A stretch of 64,000 nucleotides of DNA, from IMG/VR virus record IMGVR_UViG_3300030390_001081, positions 1 to 64,000 of that record. One strand, given 5' to 3'. Positions 46,086 to 59,900 of this stretch are shown piece by piece; positions within the stretch are counted from its first letter, which is position 1; each line of letters opens with the position of its first letter. The translations under genes were made by a program, and so were the position numbers. The notes beneath the pieces are model-generated. The model was given only the letters and a program-made list of their open reading frames with translations, ran no database searches and was not told the DNA's origin. Source of the stretch: an uncultured virus (IMG/VR IMGVR_UViG_3300030390_001081). Its lineage: Duplodnaviria > Heunggongvirae > Uroviricota > Caudoviricetes.

Positions 46086-48718
46086 TGGCGGCAATTGACA
46101 GAAAAAGATTAGAAGAAAAAATTAAAGAAATATATCCAGGTATATCTGATAAGGCAGTTAGATCTTTAATGATAAACATGCATGTAGAAACTGGGTTAAA
46201 CGATAGCTTCCTTAGAGAAAACGCTTTTAAACATGATCAATTAAGAGAAAATAAACTTGATAAAAATGGAAAGCCTTATTTAGTTAGTGCAAATAAAAAT
46301 TTAGATAAATGGTTAAAAGGTCCACCATTAAAAACAAAAGAAGATTATGATGCATTAACAAACGAGCAAAGATTAGGAGTGCAATATGCGGCAGATGAAA
46401 ATGAAAAGTTTGCTGGAGGATTTGGTTTATTGCAGTTAACACCAGGTGTAAGAACAGATGGTAAAACTTTAGGAGCATTAAGTCCAAGAAGAGCTAAAAA
46501 AAGATTTAAAGTTCTAGCTAAAGAAATGGGTTATAATAATGCAGAAGAATTGTTACAGGCAGTAACAACAGACGCTGATGTAGCTGCTGAGTTTAATTTG
46601 CAGTATTATAAAAAATATGAAAATTGGGATGCGAAAGAATTAAATCAATATGAAGATCCAAAAAAAATGCGAAAAAAGTATTTTAATCCTGGTGAAGGTG
46701 ATGTTGTAATGGATCCAAAAATTGAACAATCTTCAGCTGATTATGATGCCAAACTTGCAACGTATAAAGCGGCACCATTAACACAAGAAGATTATGAAAA
46801 GTACTATGAAGGTGCAGAAAGTGTTACTATAGAAGGTAATAATATCGTTGTAGATTTTGGAAATGGAAATGTAATTACAGAACCTAAATCAACAGTAGAT
46901 ACAAATATAAAACAAGAACAACAAATAGATTCTGAGGGGGGTACAGTAGGTGTTACAGAAACTGTACAAAAAGAAAGTGGACAAATAAATGTTACACCAC
47001 AACCAAATGTATTAAATCCAGAAGGTGATGAAGTTGTAAGTCCTATTACGGAAAAAGTTGAAAGTAATGAAGGTGATGAAAGTGGAGGAATGTCTAATGA
47101 TATTGTAGATGAAAATGATGTAGAAGGTTCAGAATATATAGTTACTCAAGAAGAAGCAGAACGTGTATATGGACCAACTGCTAAATTGACTGAAGGAAAT
47201 GGACAAGAAAGAATATCATATACAGATGAAAATGGCGTCTTTAAAGAAGTTGATAGAAACATTGTTACGAAAGAAACTCCTAATTATGTTGTAGATGATC
47301 AGCAATCTGAACAAGACACTACTACTGAAGTTACTGAAGACACTACTACTGAAGTTATTGAAGAAACTTCTACAGAAGTAATAGATGAACAAACAGAAAC
47401 TGGACAGACAAATATTACGCCACAGCCAAGAGTAATTGATTCAGAAGGTAATGAAGTTGATAGTCCAGTTACGCCTAATACACCGTTACAACGAATTGAG
47501 CCAAAATCAACAGGGCCTATACCTATAGAGGGGGGTGAACCTGATTTAACTCGTAGAACTGTAGCTGCAGAAGTTAGTACTGATGACAGTGAACAAACTA
47601 CAGAACAACAAGTAGAAGATTCAGATGCAACTGTAAATCAAACAGTAGAATCATCATCTCTTACTCAAGATCAAATAGTAGAAATATATGGACCAGACGC
47701 TAGAACATCAACTAATAATGCAGGACAAACACAAATAATTGTTCCAGGTGTAGATGGAGCTGAAGACGAAATTATAAATATGCCTGATGCTGTAGCTAAA
47801 AGAGATAATAGAATTGCATTAGAGGAAGAGAAACAACAAGAAGTTAATGCAAATGTCATAGGATTAAGAAGAAATGATTTAGATGGATTATCAGAAGAAG
47901 ATTTAAACACTAGACTTAATCAAACAACTATACCTGATGAAGATAAAGAAAATATAAGAAGCAAATGGACTAATGCTAATAAAGAAAGTTTATTAGAACA
48001 AATATTTAAAAAATACAAAAAAGGTGATGGTAATGCTCTTAAGGACGCAGCATCTTTAATTAAGTCAGCTGGTGGTGTATCTTCATTGGTTGCAGGTTTT
48101 ATGGGCGCTAAAGCTGCTAAAAAAGGAATGGAAGAGGTTCCTGTTCCAGAGCTTAATGGCATGACAAGTGCTTTTAAAATGTATTCACAGCAACAAAAAG
48201 CATTATCTGAAAGTGGATTGTCTTATGCTGAAAGAAGAACTATAGAACAAGGTATAGATGAAACTTATGAAAAAGGTATACAAAACCTTAGAGTAGGTAC
48301 AGGTGGAGATAGAGCTAAATTTTTAGCAGGTACTGGTGCTTTAGACTATAATAGACAAACATCTTTATTAAAAACTGCAGCTTTAGAAGATGAAGCTAGA
48401 AGACAAAATAGAGATGCTTACGGTAAGCTTTTAACGTTTGAAGCACAACAAAATAGAGATAAAGATTTGTTTACAAAATCAAGAGAATATAATCAAGATT
48501 TAGCAGATAAAGCTATGTTCCAGAATACAGCATCTTCAGCATTTAAACATGTATTTGATAATATTAGATTTGGACAAGATTATAAGCCTTTGATGGATCA
48601 AATGAGTATTTTAGCAACTCAAATATCTGGGGTTAGTGGTCTTGTAAATGATATTAAAACAGATGAAACATTAAGTAATAACATTGAAGCAACTGATCCA
48701 AATGAAACAAGAAATTAA
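46085..48718 (+). CDS. Putative ejection protein with N-terminal lysozyme-like domain and acidic repeats
   Basis: LMINMHVETG (candidate catalytic Glu), GFGLLQLT; internal repeats. Confidence 0.55.
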   Translation: MAAIDRKRLEEKIKEIYPGISDKAVRSLMINMHVETGLNDSFLRENAFKHDQLRENKLDKNGKPYLVSANKNLDKWLKGPPLKTKEDYDALTNEQRLGVQYAADENEKFAGGFGLLQLTPGVRTDGKTLGALSPRRAKKRFKVLAKEMGYNNAEELLQAVTTDADVAAEFNLQYYKKYENWDAKELNQYEDPKKMRKKYFNPGEGDVVMDPKIEQSSADYDAKLATYKAAPLTQEDYEKYYEGAESVTIEGNNIVVDFGNGNVITEPKSTVDTNIKQEQQIDSEGGTVGVTETVQKESGQINVTPQPNVLNPEGDEVVSPITEKVESNEGDESGGMSNDIVDENDVEGSEYIVTQEEAERVYGPTAKLTEGNGQERISYTDENGVFKEVDRNIVTKETPNYVVDDQQSEQDTTTEVTEDTTTEVIEETSTEVIDEQTETGQTNITPQPRVIDSEGNEVDSPVTPNTPLQRIEPKSTGPIPIEGGEPDLTRRTVAAEVSTDDSEQTTEQQVEDSDATVNQTVESSSLTQDQIVEIYGPDARTSTNNAGQTQIIVPGVDGAEDEIINMPDAVAKRDNRIALEEEKQQEVNANVIGLRRNDLDGLSEEDLNTRLNQTTIPDEDKENIRSKWTNANKESLLEQIFKKYKKGDGNALKDAASLIKSAGGVSSLVAGFMGAKAAKKGMEEVPVPELNGMTSAFKMYSQQQKALSESGLSYAERRTIEQGIDETYEKGIQNLRVGTGGDRAKFLAGTGALDYNRQTSLLKTAALEDEARRQNRDAYGKLLTFEAQQNRDKDLFTKSREYNQDLADKAMFQNTASSAFKHVFDNIRFGQDYKPLMDQMSILATQISGVSGLVNDIKTDETLSNNIEATDPNETRN
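47315..47386 (+). repeat. Three tandem 24-bp coding repeats (DTTTEVTE / DTTTEVIE / ETSTEVID)
   Basis: gacactactactgaagtta occurs twice, third copy degenerate. Confidence 0.8.
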
Positions 48719-48736
48719 GTTTAATATAATAGTAGT

Positions 48737-50959
48737 ATGGCCGAACAAAAAGACGCAGCAATAAATATGATGGGACAGTCACTGTTTTCAGGTGACGCCT
48801 ACAATCAAAGACAGCAAAACTTTAATATGGCTTCTCAAGCTTTGCAAATGCAAGCTCAAAGACAGCAAGCTAATAATGAGCTCAGTGGTGCTGTAAGAGA
48901 TAATTATGAGCAAACTGTAACAACTGCTAATGCAGCAGCTGTTAGACCTTACGATAAAAAAAGATTAGATACTATATTAGGTGGTGGTTATGAAAGAGTT
49001 ATAGAAGACATAAAAAATAACTATAATGGCGATTTCATGACTTATTCTAATAGTATAGATGCAAGTGGAGTTAGTGGAGCAGATAAAATTAGAAATATAT
49101 TTTTTAATGATGACTTACAAGGTTTATATCAAGAGTTAAATCATAATAAAAAACAGTTTACTAAAATTATAGATTTACAAAAAAATAATAAATCACATTT
49201 AATACCAAAAGCTTATTCTTTAGCTTTAGAAGAATGGCAACAAAATGGACCTACAGACTCTAAACCAACTTTATCTAGACTGCCAACATTTTATCAATTA
49301 CAAGATCCAAGTGCAGCTTTAGAAGAAAAATTTGAAAGTATAGGTGGTAATTATGGCGCTAATCCAGAAGATATTTTAGAAGTAGCTAGTAAAGAAATAA
49401 GTCATAATATGTCTTTAGAAGGTTATACTAAAGATGAAATGGAAGTAATTAATAGAGATTTAGCTTTAGGTAGAGGTCCAGGATATGATGCTGCTATAGA
49501 ATTTGTAAAAAACAATCATCTTACAAGTGGAATGGTAAATCCTCAAAGTACTGATTTTATTAGTGGAAAACTTGAATATGGTAAAGGTGATATAATAGTA
49601 CAAGTAGCAGATGAGCTAAATGAAGAATCATATAAAATATATGCTAATGAGGATTACAAATCTATAGTTAAAGGTGTTAACACAATTTCTGATGGATATG
49701 TAAAACAATTACAAACAATATCTAGTGCAAAACAGACACAGTTACCATTCGAAAATTTAGGTCCTTTAAGAGGTAAAGGTAAAAGGATAGTTACAGGTGG
49801 TGTTTTATATGACAATAGCGCTGATATGAAAAATATATTAGAATCTACTTTGCCTGGATACGAAACTGAAATGGGTTCTGAATTTGGATTAAATAATGGA
49901 CAATTAGTTTTAGATAATTATAATTTTTTAAAACACGGAAATGTTTACCATGCAGATAGTGGTACTTTATTAGGTGGCGATGAATTGTTTGACGCAGTTG
50001 ATGGTTTGACTGTTGCAGCTGGATTTGGATTAGCTGGTGCAGGAGCTGGTTCTGTTACAGGTCCAGGAGCAGTATTTACTGGAGCTGGAGGATTTGTTGC
50101 TGGTGCATTAACTTATGCTTCAACAACTGAATTAAATGCATTTAAAGATTTCACTATAGACAAAATAGTTTTAGGATATAAGGTTAATATGGGTAATGGT
50201 GAGTATGAATTAATGTTAGATTTTGAAGACAAAGGTGATGGTGACTTTAAAGAATATATGAAAAAATTTGATTTTGATGGGTCTGATAGTTTAGCTGGTA
50301 CTGTAGAACCTGTACATTTAGCTTATGGTAGAGATCAAGATCTAACATTTTCAGATGGTTATTTAATTGAATTAAATTTTAATGATAGTGCGGTTGAAAA
50401 AATAAAAACTGCATATTCAGGAGAACGAGGTGAATTTGATAGAGTTATTAAAGAAGGTATACAAGGATCAAAAGGATATAACTCTAGTATAGAAGCTCAA
50501 AAATTAAAAGCAAATAGAACTGTTGCTAATGTGCAAAAAGCACAAACATTTGTAAACAATATGTTTGGAGATAATCCTGAAACAGTAAATAACATACAAA
50601 ATACTTTTGGTCAACCATTACAATTATATGCTAAATCAGCGAATATACCTGAAATAAAAGGTAAAGAAAATCAAAGTTTATTATTAGCAGAAATTCTTGT
50701 ATCTTCGCAATACTTTAAGGATGATAATGGTAAGTATAGCAAAATAAGTGACGATAAAGGAACAAAAATAGCTCAAGATGCTTTTAATAAAATACAAGGT
50801 ATAGGAGGTATGATGTCACAAAATAAAGCAAAACTTTCTATGTATCAATCAATGAAAACGCAAGACATTCTTAAAGGTTTTACTTCTTTTTATTCAGATG
50901 ATATGATAAAAGATATGAAACAATTAACTATTGCATTAAGAGATTTAAAAGGATTATAA
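48737..50959 (+). CDS. Putative ejection (cargo) protein
   Basis: Gln-rich N-terminus, glycine-zipper AAGFGLAGAGAGSVTGPGAVFTGAGGFVAGA; located before the RNAP gene. Confidence 0.6.
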   Translation: MAEQKDAAINMMGQSLFSGDAYNQRQQNFNMASQALQMQAQRQQANNELSGAVRDNYEQTVTTANAAAVRPYDKKRLDTILGGGYERVIEDIKNNYNGDFMTYSNSIDASGVSGADKIRNIFFNDDLQGLYQELNHNKKQFTKIIDLQKNNKSHLIPKAYSLALEEWQQNGPTDSKPTLSRLPTFYQLQDPSAALEEKFESIGGNYGANPEDILEVASKEISHNMSLEGYTKDEMEVINRDLALGRGPGYDAAIEFVKNNHLTSGMVNPQSTDFISGKLEYGKGDIIVQVADELNEESYKIYANEDYKSIVKGVNTISDGYVKQLQTISSAKQTQLPFENLGPLRGKGKRIVTGGVLYDNSADMKNILESTLPGYETEMGSEFGLNNGQLVLDNYNFLKHGNVYHADSGTLLGGDELFDAVDGLTVAAGFGLAGAGAGSVTGPGAVFTGAGGFVAGALTYASTTELNAFKDFTIDKIVLGYKVNMGNGEYELMLDFEDKGDGDFKEYMKKFDFDGSDSLAGTVEPVHLAYGRDQDLTFSDGYLIELNFNDSAVEKIKTAYSGERGEFDRVIKEGIQGSKGYNSSIEAQKLKANRTVANVQKAQTFVNNMFGDNPETVNNIQNTFGQPLQLYAKSANIPEIKGKENQSLLLAEILVSSQYFKDDNGKYSKISDDKGTKIAQDAFNKIQGIGGMMSQNKAKLSMYQSMKTQDILKGFTSFYSDDMIKDMKQLTIALRDLKGL

Positions 50960-50960
50960 T

Positions 50961-53900
50961 ATGGGATTTGATTTAAATGAGTTCTTTCAATCACAGGTTA
51001 AAGGAGCTAGAGGTGGTTATCAACAAGCACAAGATGATTTAAAACAAGATGTAGATAATTATGATGTAGGTGGGCCTATGGATGCTAATCCTGGAGAAGA
51101 TTTTTCTATATCGCAAGGAGATATATCTGCATCTGCATTACAGCAAAGAACATCATTTAGAACTACGGGTAGAGGTTCTGGATTTCAAACTCCAGAAATG
51201 ATTATACCTGAAGATCCTAATGTGCAAGGAGCAATAGATCAAGATAGATTTTTAAAACAATCTATGACAAGAACTGAAGACATTGCAAGATCTGAAGTTT
51301 CTAGATTACAAAGATCACTTATAGCAGGTAGTGGACAAGTAGTAAGTATGGTAGGGGATATATTTAATTTTCTACATGCAATAACTCCTGATACAGGAGA
51401 AACATTTGAACCATTTGAAACAGTAGGAACATTCTTAACAAAGCATGGTGATAAAACTATGAATGAGTATAAGAATACTTATATACCAGAAGAATTAGAA
51501 ACGATAGGTGTAAATGATATGTTCAATCCTACTTTTTGGACAGGTGATGTAGCTCAACAAGTACCAAATTTTTTATCTATGCTTACTCCTGGTGTACTAG
51601 GTACTAAGCTTGCAAGCAAAGGATTATTAAAATATTTACCAAAATATACAAAAGCATCGAGAGGATTTTTAGATGATACTGTCGGTGTTGTAACAAGAAC
51701 AAAAGGTGGTCTTGGTAGTTTAACTCCTATTATTAATGTAGGAATAGAGGGTGCAGATGATTTTATATTATCTAGATCAGGTAAGGCTTTATCTGCTTTT
51801 CTTGGTGGTGGTATTGGTACAACTATGGTAGATGGAGCTACAATAGCAGGACAAACATATAGACAGGGATTACAAGTAGGTTTAACAGAAGAGGAGTCTT
51901 CTGTAGCTGCCGCTAATGTATTTGGAAATAATTTTGCATGGGCAGGTATAAATGGTATATCATGGGGATTAACTTTTGGTGGAGTTAGATTAGCTCCTGT
52001 CAGAGGATTAGTCAATAAAATGCCTAAGAATACTTTTGGTAAAACAGTATCTGGTATATTGCAAAGTAGAATTACCTCTGGAATAAGTAAAGCAGGATTA
52101 GAAGCTGTAGAGGAATCATTCCAAGAAACTTATCAAGATTGGGTGCAAAAAAGACAATTAGCAAAAGCTCAGGGAATACCATTTGAATATGATGGAGATT
52201 ATTTATACCTTAGTTCAGGTTATGCTGAATATTATAATAGTCCTGAAAACAATAGAACAAAATATGTAGCTGGTGCTACAGGTATATTAGGTGGAGGATT
52301 TTCATCTATTATAAATGACACTGCAAAGCAACAGCTTGCTATGGACAGACAACGTGAGATTTTAGAACAAAATCTTGATTTGTTAAATGATAATAGTAGA
52401 ACATCTAGATTAGCAGTTGTAGACAACGTAGTAAAACATTCTGTAGAATCTAGAGAAACAGGAGAGTTAACAGCTTATTTACAGCAACAATTAGACAAGG
52501 GTATTATAGATCAAAAATTATTTGATTTTTATACTAACGTAATAAACTCATATGAAGAGTTATATAATAGAATACCAGAATATATAGAAGAAACAGAAGG
52601 GTTTGGTAAAGAACAGTATTTTTCTAATTTAACTTTAGTAGAAAGAAATAAGAATGCATTAAAATATAGTGAGGAAGAATTACAATCTTGGAAAGATGCT
52701 AATAAAGATTCAGAAGGAACTAAAGGTTACAATGAAGTATTAGCACAAAAAGAAGGTGAGCTTGCAGAACTTGCAAATGAACTTGAACAAGCTAGCGCAA
52801 AAGCTCGTGAAATAAACTTAGGTATAGAGCAAGAAATACTTACTGAAAATAGAAAGTTTAAAAAAGGTGTTTCTGTTACACCTGAAGGTAAGTTAACAAG
52901 AGGTGAAGGTAAAAAAGTTGGAGGAAAATTTGCACCTGAAAGTAAGTTAGATCAAGAACAAAAAGAAGATATACTTACAAAAGAAGCAGAAAAAAAACAA
53001 GCAAAAGAAGAGTCGAAAGAAAGCGAAAAAACAGAAGAACAAACAGAGGGTGAACCATCTGTAGTTAAAAGAGTAGTAGACAAAGCAGGAGATATAGCTC
53101 GTAAAACAGGTGAAAGATTAGGAATAGTAAGTGCAAAAGAAGAAACACCTGAAACAACTCCTACAGAAGAAACAACACCAGAAGTAGCTGCAGAATCAAA
53201 AACAGAAACAAAACAACAAGCTTCAGAAGATGTGTCTGTATCTAAAGTTGCATCTAAAATTAAAACAGGAACTTTATCTCCAGAGAATGTTAGAACACAA
53301 GATAAAACTGATGTTGACGCTGCAGTTAAAAGTGTTGCGCAAAAATTAGATAGTGGTGTTACTGCAGATAAACTTACTGAAAATGAAAAAACTATTGCAA
53401 TTGAATTTGCACAAGAGGTAAGACAAGCGCGTAAAAAAAAAGTAGAAACTAAGACTAAGAGTAAGACAAAAACTGAAACTAGTCAAAAGTCTAAACCTAA
53501 ACCAAGAGATAAAAAAGGTAAAAAGTCTAATTATAAATCAGCTAATCAAGCTGTAACTAAAAACCTCAACTTTAGATTAAGAAATGCTAGAATAGCAAAC
53601 ACAATGTTTATACAAGATAAACTTGGAATTGCTGTTGGTGTAATAGACTCTTCATACAATCACTTTGGTACTACTCCCGCATACGAAGTAGCTGGAGCAA
53701 TATTTGTAGATCCAAATAAACTATATCAAGAATTATTTGTACACGAATATACAGGACACATTTATTTTAGAGCAAATCAAGATAGTCCACTTATAAAAAA
53801 GTTTATACAGGAATATGCTAATTCTAACGAATATGCTGCTATGAAAGGTAGGTATCCAGAATTAGAAATGTTTACCTATAATGGACAAGAACTTACATTG

Positions 53901-56900
53901 TCAGAAATATCACAAGACTTACACGAAAGGTCTTTTAATAAAGATGATAATTTTTATTATGCAGAGTTAGAAGCAGACTTACAAGCTCTTATAGATATAG
54001 TTGATGAAATAGCAGCTAATGAAACTGCAGGTGCTTATGAAGGTACAGGAGTTACAAAACAAATAGAAGACTATGCTGAGTTAAAAAGAATGTTACAAGA
54101 AAATAAACTTGTAAAAGAACTTAAGCCACAGCAACAGATGGCACTAATGGAAGAAGGTTGGGCTACATATATTTCTGATCCTGACAATCCTAATACAAGA
54201 GAAGACGCTAGAAAAATATTTGATGGATTAATGGAGAATCCAGAAGAAAACAAAAAACGTAAATCAAGAATAAAACGTTTTTGGAATATTGTAAGTAAAC
54301 AAGGTAAGTCTATAGAAAAAGAAGCTACTACAACACTACAAAGTAAAGAAGGATTAGCTGGACTATCTTTAGATGAAATTAAAAGCAGACTTACTTCTGA
54401 TATGCTAAGAATGACTCCAGAAGAGGTAAGACAAGGTAGAGCTACTAGTTCTAGAAGAATGAACTACAAGCCTAATAGAAGTCTTACAGATACATCTGTA
54501 TTTGAAAATGAGTTAGCAACTAATGTATATAACGAGCTTGTTAACAATCCTAAACTAATAAAAGAATTTGCAGAAAGATATAAAGACAACCCATCTGATT
54601 TATTACAAGACGAAGAGTTTATAAATGTAATAGTAGAAAGTATGACTCAGTTGTCATATCAATATGGTGTGCATAACAGGTTTGCTGAAGCTATAATATA
54701 CAATACTAAAAAATTATCTAAACTTAATAGAGAGGTAATTGATTTACAAAAGAAAATAGATTCTGCTACTAATTTAGATAGTAGAAGAGAGTTTGTAAAA
54801 CAAGCTAAATTTAAAAGAGCACAATTAGTAAAAGCAGCAGCTAAAATACAACCTAAAGATATAGATACAACAACTATACAAATGGGTGACAATAGTATGA
54901 GTGTAAGAAACTTTGCACAAGCTATTGCATTTAAAGTAATGAATCGTAGAGGTATTAACTCTGCATTTAATAAATTTAATGCTCAAGTATCTAAACTTTC
55001 TAAAGATGCTACTTTATCAAAAATAGAAGAAACTTTTAATAATGCATTAAAAAAAGAAGGTTTATCTGATTTACAAATAGAAGGACTTGCTAGCGAACAA
55101 TTGCGTGTAGTTATAGACGAATATGAAAAAGTATTTGGTTTAAACTATCATGGATTAGATGCTATTACTGATATAAATGAATTAGTAGACTATAGTGATA
55201 ATATACTTAATATCTACAATAAAGATAAAGATGAGTTGTTATCTGGTTTATCATCATTGATGATGGACTTTACTAGAGTTTATATGCAAACTGAAGAGGC
55301 GCAGTCTAAAAAGAAAACATCTAGACAACCTTATGTAAAACAAAAAGCTTTGGGTGCTATGGCAATCATATTGCAAACAGCACAACAACACAGGGGTGAC
55401 TTGCAAGGATTTATAGGATCTATAAGGTCTAATAAGAATAGCTCTGTAAGAGCATTTTTAAAGTATTTAGAAGATAGATTACAAGTAGAAGGTGTAAAGT
55501 ATAAGAAACCACTACAGTTACTTAGAACTAAAGAGAGATCTGGAGTTATGAAAAGTTTAGCAGATCACTTGTTAACATCTGTGTGGATTAACTTTAGCAA
55601 CAAAACTAACGAACAAATATTTAATACAGTACAAAGAGGTAATGATTCTACACAAACAAATGATTTAGATTTATTTAATGAAGAAACAACTGCAAGTGAA
55701 GAAAGAGCTTTAGTTGCAAGAGTAATAAAAGAAGGTGGCTTTATATTTAACCAGGGTAAAGATGGAGCAAGAAGACGTAGAGATGTAGCGTTTACACAAA
55801 AAATGATAGACGCTATACGTGGACTTAATGAAGATAAGTCAACTACATTTCAAGATGCCGAGTCTATACTTATGGAAATGTTTGATGTATATGGAGGTAA
55901 TTATTTCTTTTGGAATACATTAGAGCAAACTGGTGTAGTAGATGGTAAAAACAGAATATCATTAAATGATTGGTTTAAAAAGAATGAAAAGAAAATAATT
56001 AAAGCTTCTAAAGATCCTAAGATAGCTGTAGATGTCTTTGCTCCTGTATTGCAACAAGCAGCATTAAACAGTAGAGTATTCTATTACTTTACTATGATAA
56101 AGAATGCAGAGGGTAATCCATCAAATACTATGAATAGTCGTAGTTTTATTATTAATCAAAATGAAAGACTAAATGAGTTTTTTACAAGAAAGGATAATGA
56201 AACAGATCAAGAATATAATGATAGAGTTTTTGATAGAGCGAAAGCATTAAGAGATATTTATGGCGATAATGCATATCTACCTTTTGAATTAAAAACAATA
56301 GATGGTGTATTTACCGTACAGCCAAAACAAAATGTATTAAAATTTAGAGGCGGTCTTATATCTCAGTTAAACAATAAAGGTTTGAATTATGTTAGACTTA
56401 CACCACAAGAACTTATGGTTAGTGAGATGACTGACTTTATAAGCGCTTTAGGTAGACGTAGACAAACAGACTCTGATGGTAATATAGTTGATACTACATA
56501 TATGCAGCAAGTAGGTGTATTTGCTGAAAAAACAAGAATGTACTATGTAGAAACAAAGTTGTTAAAAGACACACAAATTAAAGAAGAAATAGATTTAAGA
56601 CTGTCTGAATACGTAGGACAAACATATCAAGATGGTAAATTAATATTACCATTTATAAAATCTAAAGGTAAAAAAGCTGTTATAGATGAAGTATATGTAA
56701 ATAAACAAGTAAGGTTATTAGGTAATCATATTAATAATAATTTACATTTATATAAAGACAATGTAGATTTTCAAAATTTATTTGATGGCAATAAATTAAA
56801 TGCACAAGGTAAAAAAGCTTTGCGTACATACATTCTTAATTATGGAATAAATAGATTCCAGGCACAAAGAATGTTTATTGGGGATCATAAACAATTTAAA

Positions 56901-59900
56901 AACGAAACTGATTATGTTAAGCGTAGTGCAGGTGCTATAGCTAGACAAATGCCCACTGATATAAATCAAAAGGTAGATCTACTAATATTGAAGGATCAAG
57001 AATTAGATGGAGATAGCGAAATGGATGCGCAAGGATATATGTTGCAAGAAGATGCAGACATAGTAGGAAACCAGTATGGTTTAAACTTTATGCGTAATGA
57101 TTTTGAAACTGCTAGACATTTTAAATATGTTTATTACGGACAAGATTTAAGAGAGGATGCATTAGTTAATAATGTATTTGGTCCACATTCTGCAATGTAC
57201 GCTAAAGCAAATGTAATGTCTATTACTAAAGATATGGAAAATAAAAATCCATACTTAGCTAGCGTAGCAGAATTATTACGTGCTCGTAAAAAAGATTTAA
57301 CTAATAGAAAAGAAAACTATCAAGTAGTAGCTTATCAAGAATCAGCTATTAAAACAGCTCCTTTTAAGTTAGAAGACTACACTATTAACTTAGACAATAC
57401 AACTAGTTCTGGTGTTAATGCATTATATGAAATGCAGATAAAAGAACAATACGATAACTTGTACTCTAACGAAGAAGGCTATGTTGGATTAGATGGACAA
57501 AACTTTGGTGTACAACTTATATTAGATAAAGAAAAGTTTACATCACCAATGGCCGCACAGTCATACTCACAACACCTTACTAATACTACGCCTGAAACTG
57601 AATTACTTGCACAAGGTGCACACCGTGCAATTGCAAGAGCTATGCAGTATCAGTTGGAGGAATCAGGAGTAAAGAAGTATTATAATGTAGATGAATATAC
57701 AGAGTCAAAACAAATATCTCTTAACAAGTCTTTGTTAGACAAGATAAGTTCTAACTGGGCTGGTAATCCTACTGCAAACTTAAGTGAATATGCAAGTCCA
57801 TTTTTTCCTAAGTTAAATGTATCACGTAACTCTATATTAAATAAATTAATTGTTGAGGTAGGTACAAAGGTAACAACACCTGGTACAATTGCATTTCAAG
57901 TAACTCCATATGGATATAACCTAAAATCATTTACAACTCTTGGAGCATTAAAAGAATCTGCTGCAGATCAAAATGAAAGAAATACAATAGACAAGTTAAT
58001 TAATAAGTATGATAGTAACCTTACAGTTTCTGAAGTTATACTACCATATAACATGCAAAAAGATTATAATGTAGGTGATATTATATTGGGTAGTAGAATA
58101 CCTTCACACGCAAAATCTACGCAACCTGTATTAGTTGTAAAAGACTTTTTTGATAGAGATGCTGGTAGTATAATTGCTGTAGGTACTAAAGTATCTAAAG
58201 CTATGGGATCTGACCTTGATGGTGATGCTATTTTTGTAAATGGTAGGTATGTTAAAAAGAATTTAAAATTATCTGAAACTGCATACAATAGAGCTTTTGA
58301 TAATATAGTAAGTTTAAACGGACATCCTGCACATCAAGCAGAAGCATCTGAATCTATTGAATTTGAGGATACGGCAAAAGATGCTTTAAAGTTTTCTGAA
58401 GAAACATTAGGAAGAAAGCAAGATAGTTTTGCAGAAGAGTCTAGTCAAATGATGCCTATAGGTATGTTAAATGCATTTAATGAAAATGTACCTGCTGGTG
58501 GTATGATTGGTATAGCAGCTACTATGCAAAGAGATTTAAATTATTTTGCACATCACAATGCTGAGTTAGACTTTAGCGTAAGAATAAATGGTGTTGAAAG
58601 AAATAAAATAACAGATGATGGAGGTTTAACTTATTTACAAACAGCAAAAGTTTTAAACATTATACTTGATAATCCTAAGTATCAATATGCAAGAAAGTTA
58701 GGGTTTACATATGAAACAATTAAAACTGCAATGCTGTTGTTAAGAATGGGTTATAGTTTTAATGAGGTAGCTACAATACTTAATAGTCAGGGTGCATTAA
58801 AGTATGGTAAGTACGCATCAGAGAGAACTGTTATTAATGTAAATGATATGTCATACTATACGCCTGGACAAAAGGCTATGGTAGAATACTATGAAAGCGA
58901 AAACAATAATAAAGAAATAAATAGCTCTATAGAGTTCTTATCAAGAAAACAATCGCCATCATTATATGTTAGACAAAACATTGATCCTCAGTTAAAAGTA
59001 GATAAAGGTGGTGTAATTAATCTTGACTTTAGTGATGTACAAAGCAACGAGTTTAATATGCAAGTAGTTAAGCTGCTTGATAATTTAAATAAAGTTGGTA
59101 CAGAAGTGTTTAATGCTGGTAGAATTATTGGTGCATATGGTTTAACTATGCAGAATGGATTTCAAGTAGATAAACTTATATCAGACTTTAATAATGTAGG
59201 TTCTAAAGATTCTAGATTTATAGAAGGCCCTATAAATAAATTAAAAGCTGATCCTATTATACAGCATAATATTAAAGTTCTTAATAAAATAAAAGAATTA
59301 GATCAAGAAATTAATACACAATATAGTACAGAAGCTGTAGCCGTACAAAAAGAAATAAATAAAATTGTTAGCTCTGACCAGCAAAACATATTTGAAAGTC
59401 ATCCTATAGCTGTAAGACAATATCAATTATTTAGAATGCAACAAGACCTATCTGTCTTACAAGATATGCCATCTATTGATGCATTGTTTGCTCAGATTGA
59501 ACAAGTTAAACTAGAAAACGATAAACTGCCATATGAATTACAAAACAGATTTATTGCTGATGGTATAATTTTAAACCCTGAAACAAAGTCTGTGTCTTTA
59601 AATAGTAGATTTGTTGATTCTAATATACCAGAGTCTGATTTATTTGTATTACAAAGACACTTTGATTTATTAGATCAAAATAGAGGCATAGGAGCATTTG
59701 ATGTTGCACCAGGTACACCAAGAATAGAAGTAGAAAGAGTAGAAAATGAAGATGGTTATATTCCTAAATATGCTGACTTTACTACTGATTTAAGAAAGAC
59801 ATTTATACAAATGGATTTTTTACAAAATGGCTGGATAGGTTCATCTTCTACCTCTGTATTGTGGAGTCCTAATACACATGGAGTTGATTTTAAAATAAAC

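Noticed and set aside
51554..52015. 153-aa antisense ORF and similar antisense ORFs inside long genes
   Set aside because: Shadow frames of strongly supported genes on the opposite strand with no independent motifs
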